DNA of 32,000 nucleotides from Prochlorococcus marinus subsp. pastoris str. CCMP1986 (GCF_000011465.1 NC_005072.1:750001-782000), one strand, 5' to 3'; shown: positions 10,952 to 19,251, numbered from the stretch's first letter. The notes: a model not told the origin generated them from the sequence alone. A program made the numbers and translations.

Positions 10952-11605
10952 TTAAGGCTTTTTACATATAAATTTTTTTTTCCTCTTGGGATATAAAGTT
11001 CTACACATTAAGCATTTTGTACCATCACAACCTCTTGCCGTACAATGTTCCCTTCCATAGAAAATTATTTGCAAATGTAAAGTGTTCCATTCTGAGATTG
11101 GAAAAATATTTTTAAGATCTTTTTCGGTCTGCCTTACATTATCTCCATTTGTAATCCCCCATCTTTGTGATAAACGATGTATGTGTGTATCAACAGGGAA
11201 GGATGGAATATTAAATACTTGTGACATTACAACTGAAGCTGTTTTATGACCAACTCCAGGTAGTGATTCAAGCTCTTCGAATGAATTGGGAACTTGACCA
11301 TGAAATTCTTCGATTATTAATTTTGATAAGAGGTAAATATTTTTAGATTTTTGGTTAGAAAGACCTAATTGTTTTATGTATTCATAAATTCTGGAAACGC
11401 CGAGTTCTTTCATTTTTTCTGGAGTATCTGCGACTTTAAATAATTCCTTAGTTAGTTCATTAACTTTCTTATCTGTAGATTGAGCACTTAATACTACTGC
11501 CACAAGCAACGTGAAAGCATTTGTGTGATTAAGGGGGATTGGAGGAGATGGATATAACTCTTTAAGTTCTTTAAGTATAATTTCTGCTCTTTCACTCTTT
11601 TTCAT
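10952..11605 (-). CDS. nth: endonuclease III
   Basis: 217 aa with the HhH-GPD motif (LESLPGVGHKTASVV ... VDTHIHR) and a C-terminal Cys cluster (CTARGCDGTKCLMC). Confidence 0.9.
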   Translation of the reverse strand: MKKSERAEIILKELKELYPSPPIPLNHTNAFTLLVAVVLSAQSTDKKVNELTKELFKVADTPEKMKELGVSRIYEYIKQLGLSNQKSKNIYLLSKLIIEEFHGQVPNSFEELESLPGVGHKTASVVMSQVFNIPSFPVDTHIHRLSQRWGITNGDNVRQTEKDLKNIFPISEWNTLHLQIIFYGREHCTARGCDGTKCLMCRTLYPKRKKKFICKKP

Positions 11606-11702
11606 TTATTTAATTTTTTAAGTGATGTATAAAATTATACAAGTGATATTTATGGTGAATATTTTCTGTTAGCTTTAGTATTCTAAAGACTTAAATGTTT
11701 TA

Positions 11703-12761
11703 GTGGAAAAAGAGGCGTTAATAATTGATGATTTACATCATAAATATGATAATCAAAAAATTTCCAATTGGATATTAAATGCAATTAACTTAAAAATAGA
11801 AAAGGGTCAATTATTAGGACTTCTTGGACCTTCTGGTTGCGGTAAAACTACTCTTTTAAGATTAATCGCCGGATTTGAATATCCTTTAAAAGGAAAAATT
11901 ATTTTAAATGATCAGGAAATTTCAAATAAAAATAGAATACTAACTCCAGAAAAAAGAAAAATAGGAATGGTTTTCCAGGATTATGCTCTTTTCCCTCATC
12001 TAACTGTTTTAGAAAATGCAATGTTTGGTTTGAAAGATAAAAAGAATAAATCAAGAGTTAATTTTCTAATAAATATTGTAGGTCTCGATAAATTTATAAA
12101 TAGGTATCCACATGAATTATCAGGAGGACAAAAACAGAGACTTGCTATTGCTAGAGCTTTAGCTCCGGGAACAAATTTTATATTATTAGATGAACCATTT
12201 TGTAGTTTGGATATACACGTAAAATTAAAATTAAGAAGTGAACTTCCAAATATCCTTAGAAGTTGCAATGCAAGTGGATTAATGGTTACTCATGATCCTG
12301 AAGAGGCCATGTCTATATGCGACAAGGTTGCTGTGATGAATGAAGGGAAAATACATCAAGTTGATTCACCTTTAAAACTTTTAGAAAACCCTAAAACAAT
12401 TTTTGTAAGTAGTTTTATTCTGGGCAATAATATTCTTAATCTCAAAAAAAAAGAAAACTCTTTTTCATGTTGTATAGGTGAAATAAATACTTCTTCTTTG
12501 GAGGGTAAAAATAATATCAAATTTATTTCTATTCCCCAGAAATTTATTTCTATTAAAAGTTCTGTAGATGGCGATGCAAAAATAGTTTCAAAAGAATTTA
12601 TGGGTGAATATTTTATGTATAAACTATCGCTTAAAGAAGAAACATTAAGGGTCAGAACTAACATTAATGATGACCTTAATGTTGGAGATAATTGTTTTTT
12701 AAGTATAGATAAAGATTGTTTCTGTTTTTTATATCCTGGAGCACATAAGATCTTTATTTAA
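11703..12761 (+). CDS. ABC transporter ATP-binding protein, FbpC/PotA (iron(III)/polyamine importer) type
   Basis: Walker A GPSGCGKTT, signature LSGGQKQR, Walker B ILLDEP, H-loop VTHD, and a C-terminal TOBE-like extension. GTG start. No permease or binding-protein gene is adjacent. Confidence 0.85.
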   Translation: MEKEALIIDDLHHKYDNQKISNWILNAINLKIEKGQLLGLLGPSGCGKTTLLRLIAGFEYPLKGKIILNDQEISNKNRILTPEKRKIGMVFQDYALFPHLTVLENAMFGLKDKKNKSRVNFLINIVGLDKFINRYPHELSGGQKQRLAIARALAPGTNFILLDEPFCSLDIHVKLKLRSELPNILRSCNASGLMVTHDPEEAMSICDKVAVMNEGKIHQVDSPLKLLENPKTIFVSSFILGNNILNLKKKENSFSCCIGEINTSSLEGKNNIKFISIPQKFISIKSSVDGDAKIVSKEFMGEYFMYKLSLKEETLRVRTNINDDLNVGDNCFLSIDKDCFCFLYPGAHKIFI

Positions 12762-12909
12762 TTAAATTTTATAGGCAATTACACTTGCCTCCTTTCCAGT
12801 TTGAACATTTTTTCTTTTTACATTTCTTTTTTTTGTTTGCATATAATTTATTAATTAGTAGAAATTCAGAATAATCTTTTCCTAAATTCATTTTATTGAT
12901 ATTGCTATT

Positions 12910-12928
12910 GATATTCATTATCATATTC
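12910..12928 (+). promoter_or_regulatory. Fur-box-like site within an array of NATWAT hexamers upstream of ferritin
   Basis: GATATTCATTATCATATTC matches the 19-bp Fur consensus GATAATGATAATCATTATC at 14/19. It is embedded in ATTGATATTGCTATTGATATTCATTATCATATTCAC (12895-12930), about 80 nt upstream of the ferritin ATG. Confidence 0.4.
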
Positions 12929-13007
12929 ACTCATATATTTTTAATCTTTTTTAAGTTACCAATTTATACAAAATGTTGTATTATTTAAATATGAATTTTA
13001 ATTGATA

Positions 13008-13562
13008 ATGACTATGAATAATTTAAAAACAAAAAAATTAGTTAATTTAGGTCCTTCTGGTAGAGCTGTTGCTCAGCCAATGGATGTTAGCTTATTGGAT
13101 AACTTTTATGAACATCTAACAATGGAAAGATATGCAAATGTTCAATATTTTTCTATTTATTTATGGTTTCAAGAAAGAGATTTAGATGGCTTTGCTTCAC
13201 ATTTTCTAAGTGAATCTCAAGGAGAAATGGAACATGCCTATAAATTTGCTAATTATTTTATTGCTCGTGGACAAACCGTAAAATTGAAGGAATTACCTGC
13301 TCCAATTCAGACATGGGATTCTATTGAGGATATAATTTCTTATTCATTCAATATGGAAGCTGATTTAACTTCTTCGTTACAACAGTTATATTCAATTTCA
13401 GAGAGAATTTCAGATACAAGAACTAGTGTTTTCTTAGATCCAATTGTGGATGCTCAAACAAAATCTGAGGATGAATTTGCTCATATATTAGGAAAAGTTA
13501 AATTTGCAGCGAATCAGCCTTCTGCAATACTTTTAATTGATAGTGATTTAAAGAAAAAATAA
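13008..13562 (+). CDS. ftn: ferritin (non-haem, Ftn-type)
   Basis: Ferroxidase-centre pattern (MERYANVQYFSIYLWF ... SQGEMEHAYKFANYF ... MEADLT ... DAQTKSEDEF). The track ORF starts at TTG 13002; ATG 13008 or 13014 is more likely. Confidence 0.8.
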   Translation: MTMNNLKTKKLVNLGPSGRAVAQPMDVSLLDNFYEHLTMERYANVQYFSIYLWFQERDLDGFASHFLSESQGEMEHAYKFANYFIARGQTVKLKELPAPIQTWDSIEDIISYSFNMEADLTSSLQQLYSISERISDTRTSVFLDPIVDAQTKSEDEFAHILGKVKFAANQPSAILLIDSDLKKK

Positions 13563-13838
13563 ATTCTTTTCTATTCTTTTTTGATCAATAGTTCTTTTAC
13601 ATTTCTCAACTAATAAACTAGAAAAACTAATATTTTCATTATTTCTATTTTTTAATACTTTTGCTATTGAAAATATCTCATTTAATCTTTGCGAGATATT
13701 TTTATTTTCATAAAATAATCTATCTCGCAATCCTACGTGTGAAGTGTTGAAATAAGCTTGATGAATATTCGTTATCCTGTAACTTAATGAGTCAACTTCT
13801 ATTAGCAAGTTATTGATTATGGATTCAGATTTATACAT
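13548..13838 (-). CDS. hypothetical protein co-transcribed with the Crp-family regulator
   Basis: ATG 13838 lies 8 nt after the Crp stop. The longer track ORF (to 13883) would overlap the Crp C-terminus. No recognisable motif. Confidence 0.45.
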   Translation of the reverse strand: MYKSESIINNLLIEVDSLSYRITNIHQAYFNTSHVGLRDRLFYENKNISQRLNEIFSIAKVLKNRNNENISFSSLLVEKCKRTIDQKRIEKNLFFL

Positions 13839-13845
13839 ATTTCGT

Positions 13846-14442
13846 TTATAAAGGGGAGGCTTCAATAAATGATGGGGCCACACTTACTGTCTGTGTTCCA
13901 AGTGGAGCTATTAATAACTCAGATGAACGGAGTTTTGAGATTAATCTTGTAGATGTTACCCGTGTTGAACCTATTAATTCTCCTATCCTTTCATGAGTAA
14001 GCCTAAAAGGTAATACGCACCATTGACCGCATCTTCTTCCGAGACGGTTAACTAATATTGAAAATAGAGCTTGTAGTCTTTGCTCTGCATTTCCAAGATG
14101 TCTTATTCTCAAGAGTTGAAGAGTCCATTCATTAACAGCATCAAATCCAGCATTTTCAGAAATATTAACATTACTTTGGAAGGACAAATCAGTTAACCCT
14201 TCTACACAAACACCTTCACTGCATAATAAATCAGTTCTTAATTGATCTCCTGATTGCAAGAAAGCAAGAGTCATCCCTTCTGTTTCTTCACATGGGCAAT
14301 ATACTCTTGCAATGCCGCTCTCAACTTCAAGACAGGTCCCCATTGGCCTCGAGGAGGGATCGATAAGAACTGACTGTCCAGTTACCATAGTTACTTTACG
14401 AACAGTTTTTGATGAATATTCTCCATAATTATGGAAATTCAT
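13846..14442 (-). CDS. Crp/Fnr-family transcriptional regulator
   Basis: 198 aa with an N-terminal cNMP-binding-like beta-roll and a C-terminal HTH (LTHERIGELIGSTRVTSTRLISKLR). Markedly higher G+C than its neighbours. Confidence 0.85.
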   Translation of the reverse strand: MNFHNYGEYSSKTVRKVTMVTGQSVLIDPSSRPMGTCLEVESGIARVYCPCEETEGMTLAFLQSGDQLRTDLLCSEGVCVEGLTDLSFQSNVNISENAGFDAVNEWTLQLLRIRHLGNAEQRLQALFSILVNRLGRRCGQWCVLPFRLTHERIGELIGSTRVTSTRLISKLRSSELLIAPLGTQTVSVAPSFIEASPL

Positions 14443-14456
14443 ATTAATTAAACTTT

Positions 14457-14475
14457 GATAATGAGAATTATTATC
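14457..14475 (+). promoter_or_regulatory. Fur box (17/19 to consensus), 15 nt upstream of the Crp-family gene start
   Basis: GATAATGAGAATTATTATC versus GATAATGATAATCATTATC. It sits inside the 7-7-7 palindrome TGATAAT-GAGAATT-ATTATCA (14456-14476). Confidence 0.6.
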
Positions 14476-14501
14476 AATTATGAATCAAATTATTCTTTAT
14501 T

Positions 14502-14520
14502 GCAATAGATTCTCATTATC
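14502..14520 (-). promoter_or_regulatory. second, inverted Fur-box-like site in the same divergent intergenic region
   Basis: The minus strand reads GATAATGAGAATCTATTGC (13/19 to consensus). Its first 12 nt, GATAATGAGAAT, are identical to the first 12 nt of site 1. Confidence 0.45.
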
Positions 14521-14599
14521 ATGGTTTATTTTGAATTTTTTCTTTACATTATTAAATCGAATATAATTTAAATGGGTGGAATTAATTTTAGAATTAGAT

Positions 14600-14791
14600 A
14601 TGAGTTCTAATAAAATCTGTTTAAATTGTGGCAGTTCCGATCTTGTCTCTGACAGATCATTAGGAGGTAGGATGGTCTGCTTTAAATGTGGTTCCTCTTC
14701 ATTTAAAAATAATTCTTTTTCGCGCATTCAAAACAAAAAGATTATTTATTTATTAATTGTCTTGGTTATTCTATTGATTGTAGTTCTTTAG
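14600..14791 (+). CDS. small zinc-ribbon protein with C-terminal membrane anchor
   Basis: MSSNKICLNCGSSDLVSDRSLGGRMVCFKCGSS has CxxC-x17-CxxC and is followed by KKIIYLLIVLVILLIVVL. The track ORF starts at GTG 14576; ATG 14600 is preferred. Diverges from the Crp gene across the Fur boxes. Confidence 0.55.
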   Translation: MSSNKICLNCGSSDLVSDRSLGGRMVCFKCGSSSFKNNSFSRIQNKKIIYLLIVLVILLIVVL

Positions 14792-15572
14792 CTTTTCTGT
14801 AAACATGCCAATAGCCTTTATATTTAGCAACCTCGATATTAATATCAAATAAAATACTTAAAATTTTGCCATTTATTGTTTCGCTTTGCGTTCCATCTGC
14901 AATTATTATTCTGTCTTTCATCATTATGACCCTGTTGTATATTTCTGTAATCATTGATATATCATGAGTTACGCAAATTATTTTAGTATTTAATCTTGTT
15001 AATTCATTAATTTGATCTATTACATAGAATTTTGATTTTAAATCTAAATTAGCAATTGGTTCATCTAGAATTAATATCTCTGGATTTTTAACTAAAGCTC
15101 TAGCAATTAGAACAATTTGTTTTTCACCTTCAGATAAATGTGAAAAATATCTTTGGGATAACTTTGTTATTAACATCTTGTTAATTAGATTTTCCGCTAA
15201 TAAAACATCCTTTTCAGATTTATTTAAGATTTTGCAATACTTACCATATAAACCACTAATAATTAAATCAAATACCGTTATATTTGCATTTACTCTTGCC
15301 TTAACATCCTGATTTACTGTACTGATCTTTTTTCTAAGTTCCCAAATACTAATGTGTCCTTTATTAAATAGTTTAAAAACAGTATCTTTCTTTAAAACTG
15401 GATAAATATTTCTATTTATTAATTCTAATAAAGATGACTTTCCAGAGCCATTAGGTCCAATCATAATTACATTTTCACTATATTTTAGTTTTAAATTTAA
15501 ATCCTTCACTACCTCGTATTCATTTTTAAAGCAACTAATATTTTTTGCTTCAAGCCATAAATCATTAGTCAC
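14766..15572 (-). CDS. orphan ABC-type ATPase (ModF-like)
   Basis: Walker A GPNGSGKSS, signature LSEGEKQ, Walker B LILDEP, H-loop VTHD. GTG start. No transmembrane-domain gene is adjacent. Confidence 0.85.
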   Translation of the reverse strand: MTNDLWLEAKNISCFKNEYEVVKDLNLKLKYSENVIMIGPNGSGKSSLLELINRNIYPVLKKDTVFKLFNKGHISIWELRKKISTVNQDVKARVNANITVFDLIISGLYGKYCKILNKSEKDVLLAENLINKMLITKLSQRYFSHLSEGEKQIVLIARALVKNPEILILDEPIANLDLKSKFYVIDQINELTRLNTKIICVTHDISMITEIYNRVIMMKDRIIIADGTQSETINGKILSILFDINIEVAKYKGYWHVYRKAKELQSIE

Positions 15573-15673
15573 TAAAATTTGTTACTCCAGAATATGAATA
15601 ACTGTATTGAACTAAGAACGAATATTAAAAGATAAAGCCAATTAAGCCATGCTGGTCGATTAACTTTTTTCAT
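15572..15673 (-). CDS. candidate 33-aa single-helix membrane micro-protein
   Basis: Below the track threshold. ATG 15673..15671 gives MKKVNRPAWLNWLYLLIFVLSSIQLFIFWSNKF. It starts 5 nt after the Rieske gene stop, and its TAG overlaps the GTG of the ABC ATPase. Confidence 0.3.
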   Translation of the reverse strand: MKKVNRPAWLNWLYLLIFVLSSIQLFIFWSNKF

Positions 15674-15678
15674 TGAAG

Positions 15679-17001
15679 TTATATTATGAGCAACAAAAAC
15701 ACGAGTGGTGCTGCATATCTTATAAATGTTTTTCTTATTATATTTATATTATTAATTACTTCCAATTTCTTAATTTCTGGAGGATATTTCAGAATTATCT
15801 CATCATAAACATTTAGTTCCTTATTTTTATTTATGTGTTTCCAAGGATTATCCTTTTCTTCAGATTTTTTATACCAATTCCAGAAATAATTAATTATTCT
15901 ATCTTCACCTAGTAATTTTATCTCGTCATTTTTTATTAAGCCTAATTTTTGATTATAAGTTTGGGTTTTAAGAATCATATAATCTTCATCAAAAATTTTG
16001 TAAAAAATCTTTTTTTGAATCTCTTTGAATAATATTAAATTATTAAGGAATTTGTTTTTAAGGAATTTCCTATAATGTCTAACTATTACTCTCGCTTTAT
16101 TATCTCCTAGGGGAATGTGATCAAGCACTTGCACATATCGTGAAGCGGCTGGATCTCCTTTATAGATTAAAATCCTTCCTGGCGGAATATACTTTATTCT
16201 TATAAATTCTTTTGTAGGATTATTTTTGTAGAAATATATACTTTCAATATAATTTGGATTGATATTTATTTTTTGATTAAAACTTACTAGAACATTTTTA
16301 TTTACATCTTTGTCTGGAATTGTATCACCATGAACCCAAAATATATGAAGTATATCCAAATGATTTTCGATAATTCTTGACCAATCACATTTAAAATCAA
16401 CTAAAACTTCTTCAGATACGGAATCTTTAACTGAAAATCCATTAGCAGTTAAATCATAATTACTAATTAATGAATCATCGTTAAATTTATTTAAATCTGT
16501 CTCTGACTTGTCAGTAAAATAAATAAAGATATAACTTTCCCTCTCTACTACTTTGAATTGAGATAAGTGAATTCTCTTTGCATAATTATCATAATTATTG
16601 TCAACAATATGACTACAGGTTATCCTATCTATATTTTGACAGTTTCCTTGAGAACTGAATCTTGCCCCATGATATGGGCATGTTAATTCACCATTAGAAA
16701 TTGAACCGCCATAAAAGGAGGAACCTCTATGAGGGCAAATATTTTTGATACATCTAACATTATTGTTCTTGTCTCTAAAAAGAAGAAGAGGTTCATCAAA
16801 CAATGAAAAATAATGAATTTTGTTTTTTTTAAGCTCTGTTGAAGGACAAATTGCATACCAGCCATGTAAACCTAATTTTAATTCTTTTTGTTTTTCTCTT
16901 ACCTCCAAATTATCTATATTAACTACAGTTCCTTTTTTAAAAGGCTTTAAAACCGTATTAATATCTTTAGTTTTAAAAAAATTAATTTGCTTATTTTCCA
17001 T
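15679..17001 (-). CDS. Rieske [2Fe-2S] domain oxygenase (PAO/Tic55-like), C-terminal membrane anchor
   Basis: CPHRGSSF...CPYHGARF Rieske motif, a mononuclear-iron-like region (ENHLDILHIFWVHGD), and a hydrophobic tail AAPLVFLLLII. Confidence 0.85.
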   Translation of the reverse strand: MENKQINFFKTKDINTVLKPFKKGTVVNIDNLEVREKQKELKLGLHGWYAICPSTELKKNKIHYFSLFDEPLLLFRDKNNNVRCIKNICPHRGSSFYGGSISNGELTCPYHGARFSSQGNCQNIDRITCSHIVDNNYDNYAKRIHLSQFKVVERESYIFIYFTDKSETDLNKFNDDSLISNYDLTANGFSVKDSVSEEVLVDFKCDWSRIIENHLDILHIFWVHGDTIPDKDVNKNVLVSFNQKININPNYIESIYFYKNNPTKEFIRIKYIPPGRILIYKGDPAASRYVQVLDHIPLGDNKARVIVRHYRKFLKNKFLNNLILFKEIQKKIFYKIFDEDYMILKTQTYNQKLGLIKNDEIKLLGEDRIINYFWNWYKKSEEKDNPWKHINKNKELNVYDEIILKYPPEIKKLEVINNINIIRKTFIRYAAPLVFLLLII

Positions 17002-17366
17002 AAACTAATATCTTTTTTTAATTTACTAGTTATCTTTGGGAACTATAACTCAAGTAAATAATCAATTTCTGTTATAAAAAAAATTCTCTATCATTTGTAG
17101 CAATATTTGGAGAAGAAATATTAGATTATCATCCTCTTAACTAATAAAGTATCTTTTAATCGTTTGAAAAGTAAATTTTGTTCTATTCTTGTGTTTTTCA
17201 AATAATTTTGTAGATTTTTCAAAATTTTGTCAAATATTTTATTTTCTAAATAACCTTATATAACTTAAATAATTTTTTCTATACCAATGAATTATCAAGT
17301 TTTAATGAATGCGATTGTTTAATAATTATTGTTAATGTAAATTAAATCAATAATATTTGGTTTTCA

Positions 17367-17711
17367 ATGTTTAAAAATATTTTTAATATTCTTTTATTAT
17401 TTCTTTTCTTGATATTCGATACCCCTGCTTATCCTATTGACTCTTCACAAAAGGCTATTGAAAAATATTCTTTAAAGATTTCCAGTAAGTTTGCAAATAC
17501 TTATTGTAACTCGATAAAATTTGGTATTTCCAAGGATGGGGCGTTGAGATTTTCAATAGGAGAGACAAATAAAGAATTTTCTTATAGTAAATTAAATAAA
17601 TTTATTGACTATGAACTTCTTAATAAAAATATTCTTCTAAGCCTAAAAAATAATTGCAAGATATTCGACTTCCCTGAATATGAATTAGACAAATTGGCAT
17701 TTAAAAACTAA
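17367..17711 (+). CDS. secreted hypothetical protein
   Basis: 114 aa with a signal-peptide-like N-terminus (MFKNIFNILLLFLFLIFDTPAYP) and two Cys. Confidence 0.5.
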   Translation: MFKNIFNILLLFLFLIFDTPAYPIDSSQKAIEKYSLKISSKFANTYCNSIKFGISKDGALRFSIGETNKEFSYSKLNKFIDYELLNKNILLSLKNNCKIFDFPEYELDKLAFKN

Positions 17712-17738
17712 ATTTTAAATATTTCCTAAAATAAAGCT

Positions 17739-17921
17739 TTATTTCTTCCCTATCCAATCATTTGGTTTCTCCATCATCCAGTCAAAAACGCCTTTTGCAT
17801 CAAGATTTCTTGAGGCAATTATGAATAATATTGGAAATAATAAAGACACTATTCCGATTACAAATATTTCTAATTTTCCAATTCCAATTTCAGAAAATGT
17901 TAAAGCAAAAATTTTAATCAT
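17739..17921 (-). CDS. small membrane protein
   Basis: 60-aa ORF with a central hydrophobic helix (IFVIGIVSLLFPILFIIA). Confidence 0.4.
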   Translation of the reverse strand: MIKIFALTFSEIGIGKLEIFVIGIVSLLFPILFIIASRNLDAKGVFDWMMEKPNDWIGKK

Positions 17922-18102
17922 TTTTTGATTGTATTACTAATTTCGTGACTGGCAATAGTTGATAAATCAATATTAGAATAATTTATGTTTATGAAAATTA
18001 TATTACTAAATTATGGCTAAATTTAAATTTAATATTTTGTATAAAGTAACTATTTAACAAGTCATATTATTTAAATAAATTATATGAAGAGTTTAATTTT
18101 TA

Positions 18103-18255
18103 ATGACGTTTAATTCATTAACCTATTTTATTGCATCGATTTTAACATTAATGATAGTTTTCTCGTTTTCTAAAATCTTTTTTAAAAGTAAAAAAAGAAG
18201 TGCAAAAAGTATTTATAAATTAATTGATGATTTAGAAAAAAAATATATTTATTAG
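18103..18255 (+). CDS. candidate 50-aa single-helix membrane protein
   Basis: Below the track threshold: MTFNSLTYFIASILTLMIVFSFSKIFFKSKKRSAKSIYKLIDDLEKKYIY, i.e. an N-terminal TM helix with a basic tail. Confidence 0.3.
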   Translation: MTFNSLTYFIASILTLMIVFSFSKIFFKSKKRSAKSIYKLIDDLEKKYIY

Positions 18256-18321
18256 ATTTCTTCAAACTACTAATTGTAATGTTATTTAATAATTGAAAAA
18301 TATTTTCATTTAGTAATTAAT

Positions 18322-18618
18322 TTAATCAAATTCAATGCCAACTTCTTCTTTAGCATCTCTATCTAAATCAGGAAGATGTGGTTCTACCCAGTGTTCTTTA
18401 TTATCGATACCTGCTGCGTTGACATAATTCATAATGTGTTGATCAACTTGCTTATATAAGTCATGAAGGTTTAAATCCATCCGAATGTCATGAGCAATTT
18501 CTGAAACTTGTTGTTCAGTTAGACAATGATCCGGATGTAATAAATCACAACAAGGAATTCTTTTTTCAATCAACTCATTTATGTTGATTTTTATTTCGTA
18601 ATCTTGATGTACAGTCAT
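18322..18618 (-). CDS. acidic hypothetical protein with Cys/His cluster
   Basis: 98-aa ORF containing CCDLLHPDHC and many D/E/H residues. No family recognised. Confidence 0.5.
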   Translation of the reverse strand: MTVHQDYEIKININELIEKRIPCCDLLHPDHCLTEQQVSEIAHDIRMDLNLHDLYKQVDQHIMNYVNAAGIDNKEHWVEPHLPDLDRDAKEEVGIEFD

Positions 18619-18817
18619 TACTGTATAAGTTAATTAGTTTCAATTTTAATTACTCTTTTATTTATTTAAGTGTTCGGTTATGAAACGAAGTTGTTTGGTT
18701 TAAGAACTTTATCTTTTTCATTCATTAATTTTAATTTTTATATGAAATGACAAGAAATTTGAAAATACACTTGCATGGATATATTTTTATGTTTGATTTA
18801 AATAAAAGACATTAATT

Positions 18818-18997
18818 ATGAAGTCATTAAGGTTCTCTAGAGAGACTAATATTTACTTGCCAAACATATTAGATAAATTTAAAAAGAAGAAATCTAGTGG
18901 AGGAGCTTTCGTTACATGGTTCCTTGTATGGTATTTTGGTTCTTCAATATTATTATTACTAAGCTTGCATTCTTATTATATGGGCTTTGCTAGATAA
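18818..18997 (+). CDS. candidate 59-aa membrane protein
   Basis: One codon below the track threshold: MKSLRFSRETNIYLPNILDKFKKKKSSGGAFVTWFLVWYFGSSILLLLSLHSYYMGFAR. Confidence 0.3.
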   Translation: MKSLRFSRETNIYLPNILDKFKKKKSSGGAFVTWFLVWYFGSSILLLLSLHSYYMGFAR

Positions 18998-19025
18998 TAA
19001 TAAACGAAGTTTTAAAAAAGTTTAA

Positions 19026-19223
19026 TTATATAAACAGGTCTTCCAAGTCCTTATATAAATCATCTTGATCTAATTGATTACTTGGAGAATCTAGTTTCTC
19101 TACCTCTACTAATGACACTTCATCTTTAGACTTGTAATAAAGATATCCAATGGCCCCGAACAAAAGAGTGAAAGGTATGATCATAATAATAATTATTGAC
19201 TTGTTTTGAATATAGTGCAACAC
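19026..19223 (-). CDS. small membrane protein divergent from the RHH gene
   Basis: 65-aa ORF with a GTG start. An internal ATG at 19184 gives a 52-aa version starting MIIPFTLLFGAIGYLYY (TM helix) with an acidic tail. Confidence 0.4.
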   Translation of the reverse strand: MLHYIQNKSIIIIMIIPFTLLFGAIGYLYYKSKDEVSLVEVEKLDSPSNQLDQDDLYKDLEDLFI

Positions 19224-19251
19224 TTACTTTAGTCAAGTGCCGAACTTTTAT

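Noticed and set aside
11996-12664. Two minus-strand ORFs (11996..12268, 12356..12664)
   Set aside because: They are antisense within the ABC ATPase gene, which has complete Walker and signature motifs.
14497-14727. 76-aa minus-strand ORF that would extend the ABC/Crp gene string
   Set aside because: It overlaps the plus-strand ORF that encodes a clean CxxC-x17-CxxC zinc ribbon plus a TM anchor. Four correctly spaced Cys are much less likely by chance than this motif-free ORF. It would also run across the second Fur-like site.
16683-17008. Short ORFs 16683..16865 (-) and 16820..17008 (+)
   Set aside because: They are in an alternative frame of, or antisense to, the Rieske oxygenase gene.
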